From Oikopleura dioica (lineage: Eukaryota > Animalia > Chordata), in contig OU015566.1 of the NCBI GenBank assembly GCA_907165135.1, forward strand, positions 248,001-312,000: a stretch of DNA of 64,000 bases. The letters are read 5' to 3'. A program made the position numbers and the translations under genes. Below the pieces are notes generated by a model, which was given only the letters and a program-made list of their open reading frames with translations, had not been told where the DNA came from and made no database searches. Shown here piece by piece: positions 1 through 12,201 of this stretch. Positions within the stretch are counted from its first letter, which is position 1, and every line of letters begins with the position of its first letter.

Positions 1-738
1 ATGAAAAGATATAATTTTCGCTATGTTTGATTTAAAAAGAGACAAATGAATTGAGTCAAAAACGTGCCTTCTATGAAATACAGTAAGTTGAGTGAGTTGA
101 ACCTTCACTCGGCGAATTCGGCAGACAAGGCAGACAAGGCGGTCAATGCAAAAAGCACGAAAATTGTCTACTTTTCCAACAGTTTTATTCAATCAAATAT
201 TAAAAGCACAAAGTATGTGTTTCGATAGTAACCTGGCAAAAAAAAAAAATTCATTTCATTCGTTTCTCACTGAAAAATTCAACTTTGAGAAATTTCCATC
301 GAAATTTGATCTTGAATTTCGGTTCAGGCTTATCTTGGGGGACCCAATCGGTAAATAATTCGCAGCAAACATGTCACATCGGCCATGTTCGTTGATATTT
401 TGTGGTTTAAAATTGCTAATTTTACCTTTGATTTGATGATTTTCATGATGTTTGCACTCATCATTAAAAATTTATCTGATTTTATTTCTGGGACACCAGA
501 GAAGAAAATAATATTATTAGATTTTGTTTCTAGAGAAGCAAAAGAAGTCAAAAATTGACATATTATTCAACAGCCTTTTCACAATAGGGCAAAAAAAAAT
601 CTCAAAAAATTCTTAGTCGACACAGTTGGCCCAAAAATAAAAATCGGTTGTATCACTGAAGATAAAGCTAAAAGCTAAAAGAGAAGTGCATTTTAAGGTA
701 ACCAGTGAGATTGCTGTATTATTCAATTAATCCCGGAA

Positions 739-1065
739 CTGGGGTCGGCTTCTGCTCTGCACAGTGTCCAGATTTTGGACTGTGCAGAGCAGAGCAGGGC
801 AGGAGAAACTGACTGCTCTGCACTGCTCTGCACAAGTCAATTGCTTTGCAGGTAAGTTGTGCAGTTCAGAAAAAAATTTTTTCGCGAAATTTTTAAAGTC
901 AAACTAGATTTTTTCAAAGCTAATGTGCATTAAAGAGTCTCAAAAGAGACGCTTTGCGTAGTCAGAGGATAAAAAATCGTCTCTTCCGATAGTTCTTAGA
1001 TTGAAATGTATTTTCGTCATATTTTTTTTTGCAAAAAAACATTCTACAAAAACTGCCGACCCCAG
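739..1065. mobile_element. hAT-type MITE, TIR CTGGGGTCGGC...GCCGACCCCAG
   Basis: 11-bp perfect TIR; identical 8-bp flanks TCCCGGAA at 731-738 and 1066-1073 (an 8-bp TSD is typical of hAT). Confidence 0.85.
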
Positions 1066-2380
1066 TCCCGGAATCAAAACCATGATGCCTGAAAAATTAC
1101 TTGCATTTTTTGTTCTGCCTCAGGGTTTCTGCCTGCAAAAAAGCCATTTTTGCAAACTTTGTGAATTTTCGTTTTAGGAAAATCATCGTCATCGTCAGAA
1201 AAAATCAAAAAAATAGATAAAAATTTTTGATAAAAAACACTTAAGAAAAGAAATTCTTAAAATATTTATTGATTAAATCGAACTACTCTGCAAAATTTCT
1301 TGAAATTTCTCAAGAGGGATGGTAGACGGCGGGTTCCATTCTTTGTGAAGAATCATTCTTTTTTAAGAATACCTGAAACAACGCATAAAAGACAGTCAAA
1401 AGTTCAGAAACAAAATCCTTTTTATGCAAATAACTCAGGAGCGAGTGTGCGCTTCGCGCCAGTTATCAGGGAAACTCCAGAGAGTTTGATATCCAAGAAT
1501 TTTTATATATCCGAAAAACCTATTTTTACCTAATTTTCTCTAGAATATTGAGAAAAAGAATGATTCTTTTAAAAGAATGGAATCCGCCGTCACCCAGAGG
1601 GATGGCGCTTTGCACAAGATTTCTCTTGCGCTCATTATCGAAAAGTCGAATTTGTTTCTCCTTGATAATAACATGAGTGAACAGCTGAGTGTTCAAAATC
1701 TCTAACAATATTGTTTTAAACTTATTACGTCGACATAATTATGAATAAGACAAAAAAGTCGGCGCTGTTTTTTACACTACTTATTCGGCGCGCCGCGCGG
1801 GGCTGAATAATGCTTGGTGGTCGTATAGGCTATGCGTTATTGCTCAAACGTAAGCTAACCATTTGTAAGCTGAAGAATTGAAGGGCAAACTACGAAAAAA
1901 AAACATTTTCGGAAGATAAATAAGCCGAACAGCCAAAGTAAATACAATAAAATCATTTTCTTTTCTTGGTTCTTCCCAAAAAATTAAAGTTTCCAGCTTC
2001 GATCTGGGCCAAATTTGCGAACAACGATTACCCTCTGTAGACCCCTAAGAAACCACGCGAATTTGGAATTAAGAAATTTGGGTGTGCGTCGATCGCTACG
2101 GTCAAAAATGACTCATATCTAGCCAAGAACGCAAGGGTCTGCACTCAAACTCAAATCGCTTGTTGTGTTCAGGAAGTTATTTCGCTAAACATATGCGTCT
2201 ATTGTTTTGTCTGGTGTTTGTTGAGATGAGTATTGGTTTGGTTTGTTTACAATATACAAACATTATCAATTTTCCAAGCCGAAAATTTCTAGAACATTTG
2301 ATATCTATATTTACATTAACTCAATAAATTCAGTTTCTCTATAAATTAAAGAAAGGGTGTATCTTCAGCATCCTCACAAA

Positions 2381-5300
2381 ATGAGGAAAAGAGGAGCAAA
2401 GTGTCAATATGTGATTGCTATTTTCATTTATGGCGTAGGGATAATTTTAAATGAATGATAATAAAACGATTTTATTCAGTTTATCGGTCTCTTGTTTCTT
2501 CATCTTATTACTAATGAGCCGGTTCAATTATCGCCAAATGAAGAAGATCAAATTCAAAATATGATTATTAACGAAATGAAGGAAGAAAACTTGCTCGACA
2601 GAACAATATTTGAAGACCCGAACACTGAAATAAGAACGAACGAATTTGAGAATTGCAATGATGATGAGCCAGATATTTTTCTCAACCTGACGCTTCTCGA
2701 AGAAAATTATCCGGAATTGAGAGGACAACGGCAGAAAATAGAGGGCAAATGTATTTACCCAGGTATAAATTATGGGGTTGGTGGTCGACAATCAAGATTT
2801 TTTTTATCAAAAAAGGCATAAGCGAGACAAAACCAAATTTTTCTTTCTGGAAAAAAATAAGTAAAATCTGCTTAAGTAGTTGGTGGTCGAGAAGATTTTT
2901 TTCGACTTTTTAAAATTTTGATAATATTTTTTGATTCCAAAGACATAAAGACAAAATTTTTCTTCATTTTATGGGGGTTTTGTTGGACACTTTTGCAAGG
3001 ATAATGCTGCACTTTTGTGCAAATTTGTCAAGCCGAGAAAATTTAATAGGAAGAAATAGGGTCTATTTCCAAAATTCAGGATGTTTTTTATAAGAAATCA
3101 ATGGCTTATACAGTTTAATTGACCAAAATGGTAAAACAGGCAAAAAAAAAACGTTTCGATGAGCAAATTTGCCATATTTCGAAAAATTTATCGAGGAGAA
3201 AATTTTAAGGCCCTACGAGGGGACATTTTTTTGAAAACTCTTGCCCTCTTTAGTGGACATTTTTATAGAAATTTTGGACAAAAAATGTCCACAAAAGAGG
3301 AAAATAACGGGAGGGGGTCGAAACTATTCTGCATGCAGAACTATTCTGCAAATAATAGAACTAGTCTGCAAAAAGTAGAACTATTCTGCGTTTTGTAGAA
3401 CTATTCTGTCGAATGCAGAACTATTCTGCAAATGTAGAACTATTCTGCAAAATACAGAACTATTCTGCACAAGTGCAGAACTATTCTGCATTGTGTTGAA
3501 AAGAAGATCTTCATTTATAGACAAAATTTCACTGTTTGGAAGCACGCTGCGGGTAGTGCAAATTCTGGTAGGGAACTCATTTCTGAAGGTGGTCAACTTT
3601 CTCTACTCTCGCGCCTCCTTTGATAAAAGTCGTTTTTCTTAAATGCAGAACTATTCTGCATGTAGAATTATTTCGTCGGAAAATAGTTCTTTTTTCGACA
3701 AAACTATTCTGCATTTTGCAGAACTATTCTGCATGCAGAATAGTTTCGAAGGTTTCCCAAAATAACTGTGGTATTTTTCATAGAAGAGACGTTTTTTCGA
3801 TTCGATATTCTTATAAACGTCTCTTAAAAAATTTCATATAGATAAATAGCCAAAATAATATTTAGTTTGACTTTAATAATTTGAGAAAAATATATTTTTC
3901 TCGGATTATAAGTACATGTATTGTATATTTCTTAATTGATAAAGTATATGTATATAGAGCCCCAAAAAATGAATCCTCAAAATCGTTTTTTACCCAAAGA
4001 ATCCATTTCCGGGGTCAAAATTTTAATATTCCCAAAAAAGATTTTTCAAAAATTCTTGACGGGGGTTCCTTAAAGTATATTATTAGAAAATTTTTCAGAC
4101 TACGGATTTTTTACGAGGGAGCACCCTTTTTTCAGGGTGAGGGAGCGGGAGCACGGACTTTCTACCAGATTTCGGACTCTGGTCGGCGGTCTTGTTTCCT
4201 ACTTGCTCGGCTGGAGACCTTTGGAGTACTGGTGCGAAGTTTTGACTGCGACACAAAGTGGAGTGTGCCTCGTCAAGTTTATCAAACCTATCAAAACCGA
4301 ATCGATCAAATCACTCCTTTGGTTTCAGTTCCTTTCTTGCTCATCCCTTTGGGTTCTCATCCTTTTTCTTAAATTTTTTTTTTGTTTACCAAAAATTCCA
4401 GGGTACTTTTTGTATTTTTTAAGAACCCCCCCCCCCCCTTCAGCTTTTTCTTTCGAAAAATAAAAATTTATAAAAAACACCATATTATTGGTTTTTAATG
4501 CGTCCTTAAGTTAAACTTAATTCAAAAACTTGATAAGAAGAATATTTGACTATTAGTCTCTTGAAGAGAATTCAATATTTTCGCCAAAATAAGGGCTTAT
4601 TTGTCAGTTTTTGGCGAAAAGTCCAATTTCAAATACGTTTTTATGGGTGGAGTAGTCGAGAGAGACCCCCGAAAAATGATGCTAGAAAATCGTTTTTTTG
4701 ACCTGTATAATCAATTTCCGGGGTCAAAATATTATAATTCAGAAGTTTAATTTTTCGAAAAAGCGACCGGGGGGGGGGGTTCCTTAAAAATAATATATTA
4801 TATTCTTACATTTTAATTGTATAAAGTTTTTGATTTTTGGCTTCAATAAGTCTTTTTTTCAGATTTTCCGTACCTTAATCAAATGATCCGCTTCAACAAA
4901 CACCTGAAACCTGCAATCATTCAAGAGCCAAATGCATGTGATTTTCAAGATCCAAGTCTAACTTCGCTCATTTTTGGGATCAAATCAATACCAGGAGCGA
5001 TTCATGAAAGGGAAATTCTGAGAAGAACATGGCTAAGAAAAGATATTTGGAAAAAGATTGGATTCGAAATCAAGATTGTATTTATCACTGGAAACGATAA
5101 AGATCTCGAAGAAGAGGCAAACATCAAAGAAGACTTGCTCATCCTCGATTCTTGGGATCGGAAACGTATCTTGAAATTTTTAAGACTTATAAGACTAGAC
5201 TTGACAGAGACTAAAAAATCTAATGAGATTCTCATTATGAGAAAGAGTCAATTCTCCATTGATAATTTGAGTTTTGACGTGTCCTCATGAGATTTCAGCT

Positions 5301-8300
5301 GAAGATAATACGGTATTATCAAATTAAGGTATTACCTTAATTTTGTATTTTTGGCTTTACTCATCGTTTTTAGCTTAAGGGTGTCAACAACGATTTTCAG
5401 CCAATTTTTGACCCCGGTAGAAGTTGGGTTGTTCAAGATTCTTTATATGTCAAAAGAAAGTTTAAACCCTTTTGAGACGCCTCTTAAAGCCCGATTTTTG
5501 ATTAGTAATCTTGTTAATCCTCTCGTCGACATCAAAAAATTAATAATTATGCTCATAATCTTAGAATAACACATTTTGTTGAAATATTTAAAGTCAAACT
5601 AAATGTTTTTTTGGCTATATCTTTATATGAGATTCTAAAAGAGACGTTTATAAATATATCGAGTCGAAAAAACTTCTCTTCTAAGAAAGATACTATAAAA
5701 AAAGCGTTTCCTTTTTTCGGTGCGCAGATTAGATTCTAGACTAAAAATTGTTGATTTTACAAAAAAAAACGCCAAAGAGCAGGTTTTTGCGGGGGTAGGA
5801 GAATGGCGTTCCTAAAATTAGGAACGGTTCCTAAAATTAGAATGAAGATTTTTCAAGCTTTCAGAAAATATATAGTTTGATATATAAATCGGAAATTAAT
5901 TGCATTAGCAGGCCTATAGAATGTTTCATATCTCAAGTTCTAGATGAGATATTTCAGATCTGAAAAAAGATTTGAAATCCTTGTTAGCTAAATAAAAATA
6001 TATATGTATATGTTTCGCTAGATGAACTGGTACAGTCAGAAAATTTTGGAACTTATGACGCTTGAGGTAGCCGTTTGAGGTAGCAGGGCAAGTGATACAT
6101 GAAAATGATAATGGCGTAAAGGTTTACATGTGAAGCTAAGTTCCACGATGAAGCTTTTTTCATGTATCGCATCCCCTGCTTCTTCAACCGACGCTCAGTA
6201 TCCAAAAACTTTTAGTCTTGAATTTAACCAGCGCACCGATAAATAGGAAACGCTAACTTTATAAAATTTTTCTAAGAAGAGACGTTTTTTTCACTCGGTA
6301 AATTTAAAAGCGTCTCTTTTGGAATAACATATAAAAATATAGTCAAAATAACATATAATATCAAGTTAACCCGATAACGAGAGCGGGAGCACTAAGTGCT
6401 CCCAGAGCTAGTTGTTGCATTGTGATTTTCTTCAATTTTGAAGATAATCGAAAAATTCAAAAAAACTTAGATTCTAGCATCTATTCCTCACTTAGTTTGA
6501 CTTTAAAAAATCTTCATACTCTATATTTAATCCCTATTCTTTACAAAAAAGGAGGAAATTTTTGGAAATTCGTCTCGAGAACTCAATGTTACATAACATT
6601 CATCAAGAGAGCGCGCGTTCTTTTCGCGTTTTTCCTCAGAAAAAAGAGTTCTCAGGAGTTCTAGACCGAGCATTTTTCAAAAATCCGACGAAAGCGCCGT
6701 CTTACAGACCAAGAAAACAAGCAGTTTTGCCCTCTTTTTGCTTAAAATTGTTCTAGATGGCCCGGGTGCACTAACTGCTCCCGCTCTCGTTATCGTATAA
6801 TTTCAAACTCGCGTTATCGGGCTAACAATGATGTTGTCACTGAAAGTTTACTTTATTAAATAAAAAACTTGTAAGACTTTTGAAATTGAAAAAGGGAGCA
6901 AAATGTGGAGTTCCCAAAAGGACAAGTCTTAGTCTATTCTCTTATTGATATAAGTTTCCGACCCCAGTTCGACTTCAAGGAGAGTCTCTTCAATCTTTCC
7001 TTCAAAGACGTTGGTTACCTCAATTTTATCAAAAGGAATTGTCACAATGTAGATTTTGTCTTCAAAGGCGATGATGACGTTCTTATCATTCCTAAAAATC
7101 TAAAGAAGGATCTCGAACTGATACGCGATTCTGAGTTCGAAGCAACAGGATGTCTCAAGATTCCAAAATGGACAAAGCCGATACGTGAACTAGACAGTAA
7201 ATTTCAGGGATGATAACTTGTTGGCGGTGTTATTATTTAGTAGAATATCCTCATAAAATGGAGAAGTCCTTTATCTTTTTTATATACTTAGGCACTCTTT
7301 GGGCTCGCCAATTCTGAGCTTTTGAGGAATAATTTGTAGTTTGGACTGGGCAAAATCAGAGAACAAACTTACCCGAGGGAGATAGGCAGCCTATCATAGG
7401 CTAGGGTTAGTATAGGCCTGAAGGTAACCCTAAGGAACCCTAGACTAGACCCCGGCATTTTTGGACCTAAGGGGCGAAGTAGCCCCGTGGTTGGGGGTTA
7501 TTAGATTTTGTAATTTTCTCCTGCCGAATCTATTTTCTTACTTATCCTCTGAAGAATAAATTTCTCCAGTTATTTTTTGTAGACAATCAGTCGAACATTC
7601 ATCTTCTACGGCGTAGAATCTACACAGTGAAATTCATCTAGAGAAAATAATTGCAAAAAGTCTCCTCGTTCGAAAATTCTCAGAAGATGGTCAAATGGAG
7701 AAAAAGTCTCCTCGTTAAAATTTCGGCGAAATGGGAGAAAAGTCTCCTCGTGACCGCCTACAACCACGCCACGATGGCTCAGTAAAAAATTATAACTTAT
7801 AAATGTCAAAAGTAATCATCCCTGAAAAATACTTTGTTCCGAAGCAAGTTTATCCTGAAGAAAGTTATCCGGATTATTTCTCCGGCTTCGCTTATGTTAC
7901 AACTGGGCGCTTTTCACTCCAAATGGCGAATGTTATCCCAATTGTGCCAGTAACTCCACTTGATGATGCTTACGTTGGCTCCCTTATCGCCGCCTCAAAC
8001 CAAAAGATGAAAATGCTGCATCGATGGATTTTCTGCGAAGGCGTTACAGTCAGGGTTCGAAATCATTTTTTTTTTTAATTTTCTTCAATTTCATTGATCG
8101 CAAATACAAATGTGCAAAATATATACTTATGATAAAATTTTTATTTAATTCGATGCAACAATGCGATTAAACGTGGAAAAAATAATTTTCATCGACGGAA
8201 AAATTAATTCGGAGCTGTTGAAAAGCTAAAAAAGCATGATTCGAAAAAATCGGAAATATTCGTTCTGAAGCCAAATTTTTATCCTAAAGTCAAAAATTTT

Positions 8301-10502
8301 TTTCAATGCCAGATTCGGATTCCTAGTCGAAAAAGAGCTCCTAAAGTGGGGGTCCATTAAAAATTTTGGCAAAGTAAAGAAGGAGATATCGAGCTTTAAG
8401 GGGGTGGTGGTCGAGAATCAGGATTCTTTCAACCTAAAAAACTCAATTTTTTTCAAACAAATTTGTTTTGTTCTCAATCTAAATAAGTTTAAAAGGGTTA
8501 AAATAATGTGGGCGGCTTGGTTTCAGAGAAAACTTTCAAGGGAAAAATGAGGAAATCGAGCGTCAAAGTCGACCTAAAATCGCGTTTTTAGCTAAATCTG
8601 CGCAATATGCGTTCAAGCGTTAAAATAGGATAGGCTTGAAATAATTCATCGGCAAAGACTAAAAAAATTAGGCCGGAAAAATCTGCTAAAAATTTCCTCA
8701 AAGTAGGGCCATTTTCGTGAAAATTTTAAAATGATGGTTTTTTGGGGTGTTGGGCGCCGAGATATTGCCAGAACCTGGTTATGCATTTTCGATGAAAATT
8801 GCAGCAATTTTATGCTTAACTCATACCAAAAGACATCAAAAGGGTGACGGCGGGAGTGAGTCTTTATTCTAGAAACTTTCTCAACTTGCAAAATACAGTC
8901 GGAACAGTAGAAGTGTAACCTGTTTTGGCAATGAATTTTCTACAAGTCAAGCGCGGAGCGCACAGTGTGCGCCGCACACTTGCTCTGGAAATGGTTTAAA
9001 ATGTCATTTTCAATGAATTTTATGTTCTTTTCTTCATGTTCAATTAAGCAGGCTTGGATATAACTTATATCATATAAGGCAGTGTAGTAATGTAGCAATG
9101 TAGCAATTGCTACATGTTGATGTAGCAGGTGTAGCATGAAGCAGCGTTAAAAAACGTGTAGCAAAGGGTAGCTTGCTACATTGCTAAAATTATCTTGGAG
9201 TGAAGATTTTGTTCACTTTAAGAAAATTCTAGAGCAGATTTATTATTATCGACATGACGAGAATACATTTCACAGTAATATATGTCGGAAGAGACGATTT
9301 TTTAGCCTCTCACTATTTTTGACGTCTCTTTTTAGACCTAACAATGCTCATAACCTAAGAAGTAATCTAGTTTGACTTTAGAACTTTGGCGACAAATTCA
9401 ATTTCGATTTCGATTTGGCGATGAATTCGAGGCAATAAAGATTATTATGTAGAAAGTGTAGCGGTTTTCTTTGAGTGGATGTGGCACGTGTATCATGTAC
9501 AGTCGTTACGCACAATTCCGGACACTTTTTTTTCAGCAAAAAGGGCAAAATGTCCGGAATTGTGCGGATTCTAAATGGAAAAAATTTTTGTTTTCAAAAT
9601 GCTTGTTTTTTATTCAAAACGTAAAATTTCGAGAAAAAAGCAGAGAAAACGGCCAGGATCTACCCGTGTCGATGTATAATTCAAACAAAGGCAGTTTTAC
9701 TGTCGATTAATCAAAGCTGGCGCCGGATACAAGGAAGTCAACAATTATTCGACTGTAGCAATCGTTTTTTGAGGGATGTGTAAAAGACCTAGTCTTTTAT
9801 TTTTTTAATAAAAAGACTTATTGCCGAGAGAAAAAAAACTCAGTCTTTGCGCAATGACCAAGTCTTTACAAAGACTTACTCCCGCCGTAAACCCGTCAAA
9901 ATGGTGTTTTCATATATATGGCGAAGCGTACTGGATCTATCTATTAAATGTTAAATAAAGGATATTTATCTAAGGGTGCATAACCAGGTTATGCATTTTC
10001 ATAACTTATGTTGCATAAGTTATGCATGCATAACCTGGGCGCCATACCCCCGTTTTTTGGTCACCCCTCGAAATCCATATTGACGACCCCCTCTTTAAGG
10101 AAGTCAAACGGTTGTCATTTCAAGCTTTTCGGGATCCCGAATGTTTGTATAATTTGAATTTATTTTTTCCCCTCGCGTCTTCATTTGCTGGGCGTTTATC
10201 TTTAGGGGAAGGTTGTCGGGAAATTTTTTATCGACTTTTTAAAATTAAACTTATATTTTTGGATTCACAGATCAAAATCATCGAATTTTTTTTTCAATTT
10301 TCTTTAAGGGTGTCCCTAAGAAAACTTCGATAAAAACTCCAATGTGGCGTCGAACCAAAAGAAAGCAAGCACTTTTCACAATCGATTCAACACTCATTGT
10401 GATTTGCTTCGACTAACAGCTTATCACAAAATCACGGATTACAGTCTTATGGAAACTGTGTTCAACGATCTTCTTACAAGTCAATCTATTTGCCCTTTCT
10501 AA
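2381..10502 (+). CDS. Beta-1,3-galactosyl/GlcNAc-transferase (GT31, B3GNT/B3GALT-like), type II membrane. Exons ~2381-2434, 2480-2762, 4863-5143/5146, 6968-7196, 7813/7825-~8040, ~10321-10502
   Basis: N-terminal TM (VIAIFIYGFIGLLFLHLI) and acidic stem; motifs REILRRTW, IKIVFITG, DLLI-FDFKESLFNLSFKD, FVFKGDDDV (DxD), KYFVPKQVY...YPDYFSG, LDDAYVG, and C-terminal HCDLLRLTAYH. Phases are compatible at 2435-2479 and 2763-4862; the last junction is uncertain. Confidence 0.85.
2960..3310 (+). repeat. ~350-bp dispersed repeat; other copies ~21575-21895 (+) and ~49605-49995 (-)
   Basis: Shared blocks such as AAGAAATCAATGG, CAGTTTAATTGACCAAAA, CGTTTCGATGA and GTCCACAAAAGAGGAAAATA are seen in all three places. 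Confidence 0.75.
3320..3745. repeat. Minisatellite with core AGAACTATTCTGCA (~17-20-bp units) in two blocks, 3320-3490 and 3640-3745
   Basis: Directly visible tandem copies; a related copy lies near 10670-10740. Confidence 0.85.
5585..5760 (+). repeat. Dispersed repeat with internal hairpin AAGAGACGTTT-N~22-AAACGTCTCTT; copies near 895-1000, 3770-3875, 6200-6360, 9230-9380, 58140-58290, 58380-58440, 61000-61290
   Basis: Near-identical blocks, e.g. 5585-5760 versus 61110-61290, occur in both orientations. Confidence 0.75.
6365..6826. mobile_element. MITE nested in the 5152-6967 element
   Basis: GTTAACCCGATAACG at the left versus CGTTATCGGGCTAAC at the right, plus an internal inverted copy GAGAGCGGGAGCA / TGCTCCCGCTCTC; no TSD confirmed. 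Confidence 0.6.
7205..7824. mobile_element. hAT-type MITE occupying a GT31 intron
   Basis: TIR CAGGGATGATAAC / GTAATCATCCCTG (1 mismatch); flanks GTAAATTT and AAAAATAC are consistent with an ancestral TSD GTAAATAC in codons S-K-Y. Confidence 0.8.
7365..7490 (+). repeat. Short repeat with TTAGGG-like tracts and terminal GGGGC-GAA-GCCCC hairpin (Helitron/Helentron-like end); second copy ~55385-55500
   Basis: The two copies share CCCTAGACTAGACCCCGGCAT..GGACCTAAGGGGCGAAG..CCCCGTGG. The superfamily assignment is inference. Confidence 0.55.
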
Positions 10503-11269
10503 TTTCTATTTTATGCGATTATCTTTTACTTTCAAACAGTGTTGTTTTTTAATAAACGCTTTTTATCAACTGAAAAAAAACATCACTAAAAGATTTACGA
10601 CGACAAATTTCCCGCACCGACGAGAATGTGTTCATCGCCTTTACTGCCTTCTAGAGGCGATAAAGGGAGGGTATTCTGCATGCAGAACTATTTTGCTTAG
10701 TATTGAATAAAGATCTTCATTTAGAGACAACATTTCATATAAGCTATGAATTTTAACTTTCGTAGCGGCAAAATGCTAAGTAGGATTATTTTTATTACAA
10801 AAGCAACCCAACAAAATTCACGCAAAACTCACGGTGTTTCCTAACGAAGTGTAAGGACTTCGTCTGTGTAAGAAAATTTGTAACCAGGGTCTGGATTCGC
10901 TTAGCGAATTCGCTCATGAGCGAAGCGAAGCAAAGCGAAGCGAATTCGCTTCGCTTTCGCTTTTTGAAATTTCAATTCGCTTCGCTTTCGCTTTTTACCA
11001 AAAATTTTCGCGAAAATTTCGCTCGAAAGAAATCGTTCCAAGTTTTGAATATTTTGCTTTTTTCTTAGCTTTAGTTAAAACTCAAGTGAAAATTTTGCAT
11101 ATTGAATTGAGCTGGCACTCTAAAGAGCTGCGCTGAGAAGATTTTACTGTTTTCAAAGAAGCCAATATTGACAAGATTATATTGTGAGCTGCGCTGAGCT
11201 GATATGTCCTTCCCAAAAAATCGTTGAACTGAGCTGATGAGTGGTCGCCGCTTGCCAAAGTCGCCGTGA

Positions 11270-11610
11270 CTTCAACAAGTTCAATCCCGGCTTCAACAAA
11301 TTCGATCCTAGCTTTTCAGAAGTCAATCCTGGCCCCTCATACGTCAGTATCGGCTTCTCTGTTGTCAATCATGGTTTCTCTAAAATTGACTTTGGAAAAG
11401 CCAAGATTGAAATTGACGAAAATGATGACTTCCGAGAAGTTGGGATGGACTTCCAATGACCCGGGATTGGCATTGGTGAAGCCATGATTGAAGTCGGTGA
11501 AGCCAGGATTGATGATGTTGATACCAGAATTGATGATGGAGAAGCCACGATTGACATAATATTAATGATATTGAAGTAGACATGATTGAAGTTGGTTAAG
11601 CCAATGTTTA
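11270..11610. repeat. 21-bp minisatellite that reverses orientation mid-array (foldback)
   Basis: Units like TCAATCCTGGCTTC on the left and GAAGCCAGGATTGA on the right; the switch is near 11385. Confidence 0.65.
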
Positions 11611-12201
11611 AGGGGGTCCCCATTGCTTTTGCGAAAGTGGGAATTTTCAAATTCTTTTATAATTTTTCAAATGCTTAGGTAAAGAGGAACAAAAAATATA
11701 TTGATCATTTTTCCGTATCGTCAGGTAAATGTCCCTTAAATTGAGCTTGAAATGGTCATTTGTGCTGTTTTTGCATGGAAACGAAGAAATAATCCCTTTT
11801 TTATAATTGTCTCAGGGCCGCGCATGATACATTTTTAGAGAGCTTTTGAGTTCAGCTATCAATAAATGCCCGAAAAATCGAGTCTAGGCTATGCCTGGAA
11901 GGAAATTCATATGGTCAAAATTTTGAAAATCGTACTTTATGTGAATCATCGTAATTACATAAAACTTTTTTGGACAATTCAACTGTCCTTCATTACATTT
12001 TTAGATCAAGGTTAGTTGTTTCTGAAAATATAGTTTGTTTGAAAAAAAACAATAATTTTGTGGGCTTGAGGCGTGTTCGAAAATATGCGAAAATCGCTAT
12101 TTTTCGCAAGTTAGGCACCTGCCGCGCTCCCTGGCGCCAAAACCGCTTGATTATTTTTTTTCCTAAAAATTACATTTTTAGTTGAGGGATAGATCTACAG
12201 T

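Larger units (their letters stand above)
5152..6967. mobile_element. TIR element (same family as 739-1065) occupying a GT31 intron
   Basis: Left end TTGGGATCGGAAAC versus reverse complement of the right end CTGGGGTCGGAAAC; degenerate 8-bp TSD CTCGATTC (5144-5151) / TTCGACTT (6968-6975). Confidence 0.7.

Noticed and set aside
8100-10300. Short GTG/TTG-start ORFs in AT-rich introns and intergenic repeats (here and throughout the window)
   Set aside because: F/K/I-rich translations of repeat DNA with no motifs or splice support.
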